The translations under genes were made by a program, and so were the position numbers. From NCBI RefSeq assembly GCF_006345805.1, contig NC_043024.1, positions 8,370,001 through 8,434,000 of the forward strand: a DNA stretch of 64,000 nucleotides, in the 5' to 3' direction. The DNA is from Octopus sinensis. Its lineage: Eukaryota. The notes beneath the pieces are model-generated. The model worked only from the letters and a program-made list of their open reading frames with translations, did not search any database and was not told the DNA's origin. Positions 49,289 to 62,822 of this stretch are shown here, one piece after another (within the stretch, counting starts at the first letter, position 1; every line of letters begins with the position of its first letter).

Positions 49289-49508
49289 CCCTTTAGTGTT
49301 CGCATTATTCTGCCAAAATTAATGCTTTTTTATCCACATTGTTTTGAACTAATCATGCATTATCTTGTAGCTATGAGATTTTGATGAGGTAGCTGTTAAT
49401 TTTTAAAACAATTTTGTAGGGTTGGTGTGAGAGATCAGATAGGGCTAGTTTGAACATAGAACAGGCAGAATACTTTTGGCCTATATGGCCGGTTTAAATG
49501 CTAAAGGG
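49289..49508. mobile_element. piggyBac-type MITE with TTAA TSD
   Basis: TTAA|CCCTTTAG ... CTAAAGGG|TTAA; the paralogous empty site is at 46347-46350. Confidence 0.9.
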
Positions 49509-49990
49509 TTAAACAAACAAGTACCAGTTTAGCACAGGGATCAGTGTAATCATCTAGACTCCTCCTCTCAAAATTTCAGCTTTGTGAGTGGATTAGGCAG
49601 ATGGAAACTGAAAGAAGCCCATCAGTGTATGTATGTGTGTGTGCGCATGCATGATGGCTTCATTTACATAATCACCGTTTCGATCGCTGGCGATGATGCT
49701 GGTGTTAGCTGCATTCACATAATCACAATTTCATCATTAATGATGCTAATGATGATGACTTGAACATAATCACCACTTCATCAAACGGTTAATGAAAGTC
49801 CTTTGTCTTCCAAGTTACATCCTATAATACAGCCAGAAGAATCTCACACCTGTTTATCTACAGAATATTACTGTTTTCAATCACAGTAATCAATATTTCT
49901 GTAGCTCTTAGAGAATGTCGTGCGAACATCTGTCTTCGATTTTTACCATTCTCTCACTGATTATGCAAGAGAAATCTGATAGCAATTTCA

Positions 49991-50467
49991 CTCTATATAA
50001 ACGGCAGTTTGTCTGTCTGTGTGTCTGTCAGGTTGTACCCTCACCTTGACCACGGCTTTCAACCGATTCTGATGAAACTTGACAAACACATAGCCCAATG
50101 TCATAATTCGAAACTAACGCAGCGAAAATTTTGAAAAATTCCCCCAGTTCTGATAAAAATCGATAAATTCGACATGGGGTCGAGAATCTAACCTTTTTAT
50201 ATGCAACAATTTTATATGCAACAATTATATGCAATTTTCTGGGCTGTATGTGGGCTGTTCACGCGTTGGGAGGCACAATGATGTTTTCAAGTTTTCGCCC
50301 AAAGGGACAGCTAGGAACATTCTATACACAGAAGTATTCGAGTGAAGAGAAGACATTGCAACCTACACATGCGCCTTCGTTCCCTAGAGGGAAAGGACTA
50401 GATTGGGATTAGTCGTTGCCTACTAGGGGCTCTTACATACCCGGGCAACGCCGGGCTATGCTGCTAG
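49991..50467 (+). mobile_element. Non-autonomous Helitron with a replaced 3' interior
   Basis: First ~200 bp match the 7921-8291 copy; ends CCCGGGCAACGCCGGG-N8-CTAG|T. Confidence 0.85.
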
Positions 50468-51992
50468 TAACCTATAATGGTAGAATTGAACTGGTGGAAT
50501 GAAGTAGTGATTGAGTTGTTAACTACAAGGTTTCCACATAAACGGCTCATATGGAAGGGAATAACAGCTATAAACATATAATAAAGTTTAATGAAAATGT
50601 ATATGTGTCAGGTAGTTGGAGACTGTATAAAAGTCTATTGTCATATAGATGTGTTGGTACATATATATCATCATCGTTTAATGTCCGCTTTCCATGCTAG
50701 CATGGGTTGGATGGTTCGACTGGAGTCTGGGAAGCCAGGAGGCTGCACCAGGCCCAGTCTGATCTGGCAGTGTTTCTACAGCTGGATGCCCTTCCTAACG
50801 CCAACCACTCCGTGAGTGTAGTGGAATATATATATATAATAATGAAATATGGGTATTCAACTGCAGGAGCCACACCAAAGTTGATGCTAGTGCTAGATGT
50901 GGCCCTGCTGGTCACCAAATCTTGTCAGACCATCCAACCCATGCCATCATGGAAAGTGGATGTTAAACAATGATGATTATAGTGTGAAAGAAAATCTAAT
51001 GCAAAATGGACTCGACAGGCAAAGTGTTAAGCTTTTTACTTTTCCAGTTTCATTTTATTGAGCTGAACTTGATATCTTACTTTTTGAGTAGCAAACAGTG
51101 AGGTTTATATCAGCTTCATGTTAGGTCTTGTTTAATATAATCCATGCTGTGTGTCTAAACATAAAATGTAAGATTGCCAGAGTTGATAAAGTACCGGATG
51201 ACCAGTCAGGTGGTTAGTCATTGGTTTTGAGTCACCTGTACTCTACTTTGTCCTTAGTCAAGACATTTAACCCTTTAGTATTCAGGTTATGCTGCCAAAT
51301 GTTTCGTTGTCATTTAATATCTGTTTTCCATGCTGGCATGGGTTGGACAGTGTGATAGGATCTGGTAAGTTGTAGGGCCACATCTAGCACCGGCATCAAC
51401 TTTTGTGTGGTTCCTTCAGCTGGATGCCCTTCCTAATGCCAACCACTTTACAGAGTGTACTGGGTACTTTTTCCTACCCACCAGCACTAATGAGGTCTAC
51501 TAAGTTACTTACCAGATAAGGAACGAACAAGAAGGTAAAAAGGGGAGCAGAAAAAAAAGACTAAATGGGCATGGGTTTAGTATTTGAGAGGGAGGGGTGG
51601 TGATGTTTCTTATTTCTTTATTGCCCACAAGGGGCTAAACAAGGACAGACAATGGGATTAAGTCGATTACATCGACCCCAGCGTGTAACTAGTACTTAAT
51701 TTATCAACCCTGAAAGGATCAAAGGCAAAGTCGACCTCGGCGGAATTTGAACTCAGAACGTAGTGGCAAACAAAATACCGCTAAGCATTTCGCCCGGCGT
51801 GCTAACGTTTCTGCCACCTCGCTGCCCTGCGGTAGTGATGTTTCTATACCAATGGTTCATCATTCTCTTCATGCACAGAAAAATGAAGAGATTATCATGA
51901 CATATTTCATGCTTATTGATCACTCATCAGAGAATGACTGTATCATTCATTCCTCTGCTCAGTAATCCAGAGCTTGCTACCAGTAACTATAA

Positions 51993-52214
51993 CCCTTTCG
52001 TTACCAACCTGGCTGAAACCAGCTCTGGCTCGAAGTACAAATGCCTTGTTTCCATAAGTTCTGAATTAAAATCTTCCACCAAACCTTAGTCACAATTTAT
52101 GTTCCTAACACTAGCTTAATGATAACTAAGTTATTTTACTAAATTCTTTATTATAGTCAAAATTAATTGAAAGAAACACAGAGCATCTCAAATTTAAATG
52201 CAGTAACGAAAGAG
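51993..52214. mobile_element. piggyBac-type MITE family 2 (older copy, opposite orientation to 63694)
   Basis: CCCTTTCGTTAC ... GTAACGAAAG; interior is the reverse complement of 63694-63913. Confidence 0.7.
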
Positions 52215-52677
52215 AACTTGTTTGTAGCTACTTAATTAATTTGCATATTGAGCATTTGTTGGTCGTGTAATTAAATAATTAATATCTATGCACAAGTACA
52301 GCTGTGCTGGTAAGAAGCTTGCTTCCCAGCCAAATGGTTCTGGCTTCAGTCTCAATGCATGGCACCTTGGGTAAGTGTCTTCTGCTATAGCCATAGGCTG
52401 ACCAAAGCCTTGTGAGTGAATTTGGTAGATGGAAACTGGGATCTTTTCGGTTTGACCGGCAGTCTTTTCTAGCGGTGTCATATGAAATTGTCACCCATAA
52501 TTATGACCCTTGTATCGATCTATTGCATTTCAATCCGTTTTAGGGTTAGAGTTATGGCTAGTTAGGGTTGGTTAGGGGTGGGGGGAAGGGTATCTTTTTT
52601 TCTTCAGAAATGTAAATAAATCCAATCTGTTTCTTAAACGAGGGACATATTTAGTGGTTCAGCAAAAAGTTACCAAT

Positions 52678-53100
52678 AGGCGTAGGAGTGGCTCTGTGGT
52701 AAGTAGCTTGCTTACAAACCACATGGTTCCGGGATCAGTCCCACTGCGTAGCACCTTGGGCAAGTGTCTTCTACTGTAGCCTCGGGCCAACCAAAGACTT
52801 GTGAGTGGATTTGGTGGACGGAAACTGAAAGAAGCCCATCGTATGTATGTATATATATATATATGTATGTGTGTTTATATGTTTGCGTGTCTCTGTTTGT
52901 CCCCTCCCTCCCAACATCGCTTGACAACCGATGCTGGTCTGTTTACGTCCCCATAACTTACCAGTTCGGCAAAAGAGACCAACAGAATAAGTACCAGGCT
53001 TACAAAGAATAAGTCCTGGGGGGTCGATTTGCTCGACTAAAGGCGGTGCTCCAGCATGGCCACAGTCAAAATGACTGAAACAAGTAAAAGAGTAAGAGAG
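52678..53100 (+). mobile_element. SINE family A, full-length
   Basis: Head GGCGTAGGAGTGG to tail GTAAAAGAGTAAGAG. Confidence 0.9.
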
Positions 53101-53522
53101 AATAAGTGCCAGTCTTCTAAAAAAAAAACACACTGGGGTTGGTTTGTTTGACTAAATTCCTCAAGGTGATGCCCCAGCATGGCCACAGTCTAATGACTGA
53201 AACAAGTAAAAGATAAAAGCATGTATTAGATATAATTCCCCGCCACCATCGCAGTCCCCATCTCTACCACCACTATAATCATCATCAGCATCACCATCGT
53301 AATCACCGTCACTGCCAGCAATAATCACAACCACCACCTCCACCACCTCCTGTCACCAACCCTGTGGTCACTACTACCACTACTACCACTACTATAGCAG
53401 TCCTCACAACGACCTCTGTAGTCATCACGATCATTGATGTGAAATGTTTTCTTTTGCTCCCCGTATGTAACTATAGCAACTACGGTCTTGTATAATGGAT
53501 CTGTGTGTTCTGTGTAGTGCGA

Positions 53523-53571
<49 letters not shown>

Positions 53572-53755
53572 AGGACGTGTGTGATGCTGATATCTAAACA
53601 GTTGAAGGAAATTAGTGATATTAATAGTACTATTCATACCACACACACACACCTATAAATGTATGTGTATGTATGTATGTATGTATGTATATATGTATGT
53701 ATGTATGTATATATGTATGAATGTATGTATGTATGAATGTATGTATATATGTATG

Positions 53756-53789
<34 letters not shown>

Positions 53790-53816
53790 TGTATATATGT
53801 AATGTATATATGTATG

Positions 53817-53894
<78 letters not shown>

Positions 53895-55134
53895 AATTAG
53901 AAAAAAACACCTTTTATCAATTCAAAATGAACAATTAAATTACACCATCTAGAAAATTACATATAATAGAAAGATTAAAATAAAATACCAATGATTAAGT
54001 AAAGGTGGTTTTTTCTCATTTATAAATATATATCATCATCATCATCATCATTTAGCGTCCGCTTTCCATGCTAGCATGGGTTGGATGGTTCAACTGGGGT
54101 CTGTGAAGCCAGAAGGCTGCACCAGGCCCAGTCTAATCTGGCAGAGTTTCTACGGCTGGATGCCCTTCCTAACGCCAACCACTCCGAGAGTGTAGTGGGT
54201 GCTTTTTACGTGCCAGACGGAGCTGGCAAACGGCCACGAACGGATGGTGCTTTTACGTGCAATGGTGCTTTTACGTGCCATAATATATATAATATATATA
54301 GTATATTGTGTGAAATTTGATTTAGTATTTCTAAATTGAATTTTTTTCCCCTGTAAGTTAGGATTAATATTCCCTCAAATAATTATTATATCATCATCAT
54401 CATCGTTTAACATCCGCTTTCCATGCTAGCATGGGTTGGACGGTTCAACTGCGGTCTGGGAAGCCCGAAGGCTGCACCAGGCCCAGTCTGATCTGGCAGT
54501 GTTTCTACAGCTGGATGCCCTTCCTAACGCCAACCACTCCGTGAGTGTAGTGGGTGCTTTTATATATATATTTTTTTTTATGCATTTATATAGATGTATG
54601 TATATGTATGCATATATATGTACTTGTTTATTATGTATATGCATACACACATATATTTAATATATATGTGTGAGCTGGCAGAAACGTTAGCGCGACGGGC
54701 GAAATGCTTAGCGGTATTTCGTCTGTAGTTACGTTCTGAGTTCAAATTCCGCCAAGGTCGACTTTGCCTTTCATCCTTTCGGGGTCGATAAATTAAGTAC
54801 CAGTTTCGCACTGGGGTCGATAGAATCGACTTAATCCCTTTGTCTGTCCTTGTTTGTCCCCTCTATGTTTAGCCCCTTCTGGGTAGTAAGGAAATAGGTA
54901 TTTATTTATTATGTTTATGTATTTGTTTTGCCTGACACCTGATGTGAAATTGTGTGTTGAGTTAGATATTGTTACATTTGTTGATGGTCTTTTTCCCTTT
55001 TCATTTTGCCAAATGACCACATGCACCACACACACACACACACACACACACTCGTTCTTCACTTCAGCAGTATCATTGTTCTTATTTCAGTGTTCTCTGT
55101 CTGAAACTTTTCTTCACATGTCCGGTGACCTCTT

Positions 55135-55680
55135 CAGCATCACTCCATCCCATGTGTCTCCTTCAGTGACTCTCCATCCCACGTGTCTGCTTCAGTGACT
55201 CTCCATCCCATGTGTGTCCTTCAATGACTTTCCATCCTATGTCTCTCCTTCAACGACTCTCCATCCCATGTGTGTCCTTCAGTGACTCTCCATCCTACAT
55301 ATCTCCCTCAGTGACACTCCATCCCATGCATGTCCTTCAGCGACTCACCATCCCACGTATCTCCTTCAGTGACTCTCCATCCTCTGTGTGTCCTTCTGTG
55401 ACTCTCCATCCTGTGTGTCTCCTTCAGTAACTCTCCATCCCATGTCTCTCCTTCAGCCACTCTCCTTCCCATATCTCTCCTTCAGTGACTCTCCATCCCA
55501 TGTCTCTCCTTCAGCGACTCTCCATCCCATGTCTCCTTCAGCGACTCTCCATTCCATGTCTCTCCCTCAATGACTCTCCATTCCATGTCTCTCCCTCAGT
55601 GACTCTTCATTCCATGTCTCTCCCTCAGTGACTCTCCATTCCATGTCTCCTTCAGTGACTCTCCATCCTACATGTCTCCT
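55135..55680. repeat. Minisatellite CTCCTTCAGTGACTCTCCATCCCATGT(GT), ~28-30-bp unit
   Basis: About 18 units; one inverted unit at ~55731-55752. Confidence 0.9.
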
Positions 55681-55797
55681 GTTTCGTTAAGTCCATTCTG
55701 GTATGGACTAAACAGGACAGGAGGAGGCACAAGGGATGGAGAGTCGCTGAAAACATCGCAGGATGTGTGATAAACAATTTCAGACAAAGGACACTAA

Positions 55798-55830
<33 letters not shown>

Positions 55831-55921
55831 GCTGAAGTGGAGAACGAGTATATTATGCAGGTGTTTAATTAGCCAACAAAAAAAAAAAAAGAAAGACAAT
55901 CCTCAAATATAACAAAATTGA

Positions 55922-56054
55922 TTTATTGTTAAACAAGAATACTGTCGACAGTGACTTTGAAGTTTTGGTCAGTTAACCTATTGCTGGCAGTCCAACAATG
56001 GCTTAACTGATCGGAACTTCAAAGTCACTGTCAACAATATTCTTTTACAATAAA
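55922..56054. repeat. Imperfect hairpin (~55-bp arms, 26-nt loop)
   Basis: GACAGTGACTTTGAAGTT...TCAGTTAA / TTAACTGA...AACTTCAAAGTCACTGTC. Confidence 0.85.
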
Positions 56055-56164
56055 CTTGTACTCTACAATAGTTATAGAGTAATCCTTCAGATTAATGTAA
56101 AATTGCTTTTATCATAATTAAGCATAAAAACAAATATGTACACATATATGTACACACATACATA

Positions 56165-56610
56165 GTTGAGGCAAGTGTAAATCTAAATCAAAATCGATCA
56201 ACATCAATGGAAATTGCAGCTGTGATACCAGGGCCGGTGGCACATAAGAGAACCATCCGAACGTGGCCGTTGCCAGCGCCGCCCTGACTGGCTTCCGTGC
56301 CGGTGGCACGTAAAAAGCACCATCCGATCGTGGCCGTTGCCAGCCTCGCCTGGCCTCTGTGCCGGTGGCACGTAAAAAGCACCATCCGATTATGGCTGTT
56401 TGCCAGCCTCGTCTGGCACCTGTGCCGGTGGCACGTAAAAAGCACCCACTACACTCATGGAGTGGTTGGCGTTAGGAAGGGCATCCAGCTGTAGAAACTT
56501 TGCCAGATCAGACTGAGCCTGGTGCAGCCTTCTGGCTTCCCAGACCCCAGTTGAACCGTCCAACCCATGCTAGCATGGAAAGCGGACGCTAAACGATGAT
56601 GATGATGATA
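56165..56610 (+). mobile_element. Family R, long copy
   Basis: Three internal ~57-bp repeats, then the standard tail and (GAT)n. Confidence 0.9.
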
Positions 56611-56618
56611 CACACACA

Positions 56619-56664
<46 letters not shown>

Positions 56665-57776
56665 TATATAGATATTGCTTTGATTTAATCATGTATTGCC
56701 ACCGTCTCCATCCTGCGTTCTCCCACTCTCTCTTTCTCTCTCCTTCTCCTGCACTTCCCTCAGGCTGAGCAACCGTGTATTTTCTTTGCAGTAGTACACC
56801 TGTCTCTGTCTTCATCCATGATCTTTCTCTCTCCGGCCGGGTAACCTTGTACTTCCTCTACAGCGAGACACCTGTATCTGTCTCACTATAACCTTATCAC
56901 CTCCTCCAATGCCTCCTCCCCTCTTAAAAGTTTTTGTCTTGCAAGAACTTGGTGACCCTGTTAGTGCAGGTGCCACTTAAAAGAATCCAGTCTACACTGT
57001 AAAGTGGTTGGTGTTTCAGAAGAGCATCCAGCTGTAAAAACCTTGCCAAAACTGACCTTGTCTGTGCTTGTACCACATAAAAAGCACTAAGTTCACTCTT
57101 CTGAGTGGTTGGTGTTAGGAAGGGCATCCAGCTGTAAAAACTCTGCCAAAACAGTCACAGAAGTCCAGCACAGGCTTCAACCTGGCTGACTCTTGTGGTA
57201 CGTCCCACCCATGCTAGCATGGAATAGTGAAAGAAGTCCGTTGTATATATGTATATATATATGCGTGTGTGTGTTTGTGTGTCTGTGTGTCTGTGTTTGT
57301 CCCCCTAGCATTGCTTGACAACTGATGCTGGTGTGTTTATGTCCCCGTTACTTAGCGGTTCGGCAAAAGAGACCGATAGAATAAGTACTGGGCTTACAAA
57401 AGAATAAGTCCCGGGGTCAATTTGCTCGATTAAAGGCGGTGCTCCAGCATGGCCGCAGTCAAATGACTGAAACAAGTAAAAGAGTATGTTAAAAGATAAT
57501 GATGATGATCTCTCATAACTTTGAGCTTTTGATGATGTGATTGCTTATGTTTTAGAACAGGTGTTCTCAATTTTTCATCAGTGGACCTCTTTGATTATTT
57601 TGGTGGCTCCCCTTAGCGATTTATTGTTTAGAATCTAGTTTTATAGACACACCTTTCAAATGTCCTGTTTTGTTTTCCCCTCATTTACTTGTGTAGGCTG
57701 AACTATATAAACCATCAGAGAAAGAAACCAAGCTGTACTTCCCCTACAGTGAGACACCTGTATCTGTCTCACTATA

Positions 57777-58007
57777 TATTTCTTTATTGCCCACAAGGGC
57801 TAAACACAGAGGGGACAAACAAGGACAGACAAAGGGATTAAGTCGATTACATCGACCCCAGTGCGTAACTGGTACTTATTTAATCGACCCCGAAAGGATG
57901 AAAGGCGAAGTCGACCTCGGCGGAATTTGAACCCAGAACGTAGCGGCAGACGAAATACCGCAAAGCATTTCGCCCGGCATGCTAACGTTTCTGCCAGCTC
58001 ACCGCCT
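57777..58007 (-). mobile_element. SINE family B with 16-bp TSD
   Basis: TATCTGTCTCACTATA at 57761-57776 and 58008-58023; the empty paralogous site is at ~56873-56890. Confidence 0.95.
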
Positions 58008-60279
58008 TATCTGTCTCACTATAACCTTATCACCTCCTCCCCTCTTAAAAGTTTTTGTCTTGCAAGATACTTGATGACCCTGTCAATTCAGGTGCCACTT
58101 AAAAACACCCAGTCTACACTGTAAAGTGGTTGGTGTTTTAGAAGAGCATCCAGCTGTAAAAACCTTGCCAAAACTGACCTTGTCTGTGCTTGTACAAATT
58201 TTTTTTTCATGGACGCTTAATGAACCACATGTGGATTTCCAATTTACTGTTTTGCTTACATTGACCTCTCAAAAAGTCTTACATGGACCTCTGTTGAGAA
58301 CCACCATTTTAGAATGACATTGTAGGGTAGGTGTGAGAGGCTGGATCTGGCCAGTTTGAACATAAAACAGTTAAACTATTTGGGCTTGATATAACTGGTT
58401 TAACCCTTCAGATAACTCTATCAAATGTAGTACTTATTTATTCTTTTACATTTCAGTCATTGGACTGTGGCCATGCTGGGGCATCAACTTAGAGGGTTTA
58501 GTCAAACAAACTGACCCCAGAGTTTTTCTTTTTTCTAAGCGTGGTATTTATTCTGTCGGTTTCATTTTCCTGAACTGCTAAATTACGGAGACATAAACAA
58601 AGCAACACCGGTTGTCAAGCAGTAGTGAGGAACACACACACACACATATGACAGGTTTCAACCAAATCCACTTAAAAGGCTTCGGTTCGCCTTGGCTATA
58701 GTAGAAGACACTTGCCCAATGTGCCATGCAGTGGGACTGAACCCCAAATTCTGTGGTTGGGGAGCAAGGTTCTTAACCAAATGGCCATACCTGCACCTAG
58801 TTGTGATAAATCATTTAAAGTTTAACAAAAAAAAAAAAAAATTAATCTGGTGGTGAAAGGGCAGGGGAAGGGGCAGTGCCCATGACCTTTTGATGCCTTT
58901 GCTGGCTGATGTGATTGATGTGGAACATCTGTAGTTCAGTGGTGGTGGTCATGGTGGTGATGGTGGGGCAGAAGGAATGGAGGAAGGAAAGTAAGGGTGG
59001 TTGTAGTGGTACAGGGAAGGGGATGGGGGAACTAAGGGCGGCAGTGGAAATGATGGGAGGAGGAAGAGATCGAGGAGCTAGGGTTAGGGTGGTGATGGCT
59101 GAGGCAGTGGTGGGAGAGGAGAAGGGGATGGGGGAAACCAAGGGTGGTGTTGGTGGCGACGGTGGTAGGAGATGAAGAAACCTAAGGTGGTGGTGGTAGT
59201 AGTAGCAGTGGTGAGGGCGGTGGTAGTGTTTAGAGGGGACGGAGGAACCAAGGGTGGTGGTGGTGTTTAGAGGAGACGGAGGAACCAAGGGTGGTGGTGG
59301 TGGTGGTAGCAGTGGTGAGGACGGTGGTAATGTTTAGAGGGGACGGAGGAACCAAGGGTGGTGGTGGTGGTGGTAGCAGTGGCGAGGACGATGGTAATGT
59401 TTAGAAGGGACGGAGAAATCAAGGGTGGTGGTCTGGTCTGGATTGCTTTGGTCTGGTTTGATCTGAATTCTTGCAGCAGGAGGGTGTACTTTACTGAAAA
59501 TAAACAGAAGGATCTGAAGAAAATACTGTTGGTGATTAGTAAGGGTAAAAAGTTAGGGTCAGAGGGCAGAAGGTGGGGTGTGGGAAATTGGTTTGGTATG
59601 ATGAAGAGGAAATATCTAACATTCTGGAGGGAGGATGTTTTAATCAGTTAGTGATGTTTATTGATCATACTGGTTAGGAGGGGGGGGGGAGAAAGAGGGA
59701 GTCTGGTGGAGAATGAGGTGCCGAAGGACCAGATGGTGGTGGAGTGTCAGGTCCTGCAATCCCTGGGCTGTTAATATCATTTTAATTTTTGCTTCCGTTT
59801 ACACAGCATGTCGATAGATGGAATCTCCAGTCGTTAGGTGCCATATTCATCATCATCAGGATCTTCATCTTCATATTTGTGTTTTTCCATGTTGGCATGG
59901 GTTGGCTGGGTCTTGCACCTCCTTGTCCTTTCTCATCTGACTCTCTTGAATGAATACATACATATATATATAGGCACAGGCAAGGTTGTGTGGTAAGAAG
60001 CTTGCTCCCGAATTAGATGGTTCTGAAGCAAGCTAGTCATATATATATAAAGCACCCACTACACTCATGGAGTGGTTGGCGTTAGGAAGGGAATCCAGCC
60101 GTAGAAACACTGCCAGATCAGACTGGAGCCTGGTGCAGCCTCCTGGCTTCCCAGACCCTGGTCAAACCGTCCAACCCATGCTAGCATAGAAAGCGGACGT
60201 TCAACGATGATGATGATGATGATGAGGATATATATATATATATATATATATATATCATCATGTATATGATATATAATTA

Positions 60280-60443
60280 TAGGCGCAGGAGTGGCTGTGT
60301 GGTAAATAGCTTGCTTACCAACCACATGGTTCCAGGTTCAGTCCCACTGCGTGGCACCTTGGGCAAGTGTCTTCTACTATAGCCTCAGGCCGACCAAAGC
60401 CTTGTCAGTGGATTTGGGAGATGGAAACTGAAAGAAGCCTGTC

Positions 60444-60474
<31 letters not shown>

Positions 60475-60693
60475 TGTGTGTGTTTGTGTGTCTGTGTTGT
60501 CCCCGTAGCATTGCTTGACAACTGATGCTGGTGTGTTTACGTCCACGTTACTTAGCGGTTTGGCAAATGAGACCGATAGAATTAGTACTGGGCTTACAAA
60601 AGAATAAGTCCCGGGGTCGAGTTGCTCGATTAAAGGCGGTGCTCCAGCATGGCCACGGTCAAATGACTGAAACAAGTAAAAGAGTAAAGAGAG
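60280..60693 (+). mobile_element. SINE family A, full-length
   Basis: Complete head to tail. Confidence 0.9.
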
Positions 60694-60716
60694 TAATGTG
60701 TGTGTGTTTTTGTATG

Positions 60717-60749
<33 letters not shown>

Positions 60750-60846
60750 CTTTGTGTGTCCCCCTCTACTGATTGACAACTAGTGTTCATGTGTTTATTT
60801 CCCTGTAACTTAGTCATTTGGCAAAAGAGACCAATAGAATAACTAC

Positions 60847-61118
60847 CTTGTTTCATTGTTGGCAGCAATCTTTTCACATCAAATTCTTGATCACAGAGTC
60901 TCACTGTCAGAAAATACAGCAAATCTGGACTCATCAGAGAATATGGCAGGGTCCCAAGTTCCAAGGCTTCTTTTGTATGTGGTGTGATTAAACAGTCACA
61001 TATAGAACCTGAAACATAAAAATGTCCATTAATAAAAAATAGAAACCATTTCAAGTTAAAATAAGCATAAAAACACTGTTTTATGGGGTGTCTATTTACT
61101 TCTGTCGTGTCTGTGTAT
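60847..61118 (-). mobile_element. Tc1-like transposon remnant
   Basis: TA|CACAGACACGACAGAAGTAAATAGACACCCC terminus; frameshifted WDPAIFSDESRFAVFSDS and QEFDVKRLLPTMKQG match Tc1 motifs (FSDESRF; PTVKHG). Confidence 0.7.
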
Positions 61119-61444
61119 ACACACACGCACAAGTTAAGTATGTCATTTAGATAAAGATTTTAACCTAAAACTGCCTCTATTGTATATATATTTCTTTACT
61201 ACCCACAAGGGGCTAAACACAGAGGGAACAAACAAGGACAAACAAATGGATTAAGTCGATTATATTGACCCAGTGCGTAACTGGTACTTAATTTATCGAC
61301 CCCGAAAGGTTCCACATGGTTCCGGGTTCAGTCCCACTGCGTGACACCTTGGGCAAGTGTCTTCTGCTATAGCCTCGGGCCGACCAAAGCCTTGTGAGTG
61401 GATTTGGTAGACGGAAACTGAAAGAAGCCCGTCGTATATATGTG

Positions 61445-61477
<33 letters not shown>

Positions 61478-62822
61478 TGTGTGTCTGTCTTTGTTCCCCT
61501 AGCATTGCTTGACAACCGATGCTGGTGTGTTTATGTCCCCATCACTTAGCAGTTCGGCAAAAGAGACTGATAGAATAAGTACTGGGCTTACAAAAGAATA
61601 AGTCCCGGGGGCGAGTTGCTCGATTAAAGGCGGTGCTCCAGCATGGCCACAGTCAAATGACTGAAAGAAGTAAAAAAAAAAATGTAGGTTAGGTGTGAGA
61701 GGTTAGATATGGCCAGTTTGAATATAAAACATATAGAATATTTGGGCCGGATATGGCCGGTTTAAACACTTAAGGGTTAATGCTTGGTTTCAGTTTAATA
61801 ATTAACATGGTCTCCTTGATCCAGAGGTTGCCTGTGTTAAATATACAGTGAAGATAGTTTTACATAAGTTTGGTGCAATCCAATTTTGTACAACATATAA
61901 CTGTCCCCGTAAGAAAGTTTTCAATTTTCACCAAAATAAATGTGTCCTTTATATTTTCACTTCAGTGTGTCAATCACATAAAACAGATACATATCTTTCT
62001 CACTTTTTTTTCTTCACCTTTTTTATGCTTTCACTTACAATATTTCCCCACCTTTTTTTTTAAAAACATTCCTGAGTGCTTCCAGGAATTTTCCATTTTT
62101 TTCCATTAAAAAAACAAAAACAAAAGAAAAATTCAGATTTCAGAATTTTAGATTAAAGATTATGAAGGGTACCATACATACTAATTATCAATGGTACATG
62201 TATTTTACTAATGAAATATGTGTACTAATTGTCAAGTGTACTATATGTATTATCAGGGATACCATATGTACTAATTATAATTAGCTCTTAATGCCCTGAT
62301 TACCAAGAATACTATATGTACTGATTTTAACAGTACTATTTATCCTACTTATCAAAAGTACTAAATGTACAAATATGGTACTAAATGTATGTTGATAATT
62401 AATACATGTCAGAGTACATATTATCAGTGGTGCTATATGTACTAATTATCTATGTTGCCTCTTATCTCTGTCTGTCTGTCTGTGTCTCTCTCTGTGTCTG
62501 TTTCTGACTGTCTTTGTATTTTGTCACCATCCATCTCCGCACAGTTTAGCGGTTTTAATATATTCATGGAGCGTGTGTATAACGTAAATGATAAGACTTA
62601 GAGCTGTGTTGTAGCTATTGACAATAAGGCCATTTAGATACCTGAAACTTTCAGCTACATTAACTCTGCACTTGGTATAGATTTAGTGTAGTTGCTTGTG
62701 TCTGTTTTATCGTGCTAGTTGGTGAAATAACATCGTCAGGCACAGGCGTGGTAAGAAGCTTGTTTACCAACCCCATCGTTCCAAGTTCAATCTCACTGCA
62801 TGGATACCTCGGCCAAGTGGCT

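Noticed and set aside
51885-51940. Minus-strand CTGATGA-GTG...CAT-GAAA-TATG-TC
   Set aside because: Stem I cannot form adjacent to the core (3 extra nt) and stem II is only 3 weak pairs.
59798-59828. Strong AG acceptor followed by a 31-nt open stretch (HVDRWNLQSL)
   Set aside because: Weak donor (GTGCCA) and no supporting homology.
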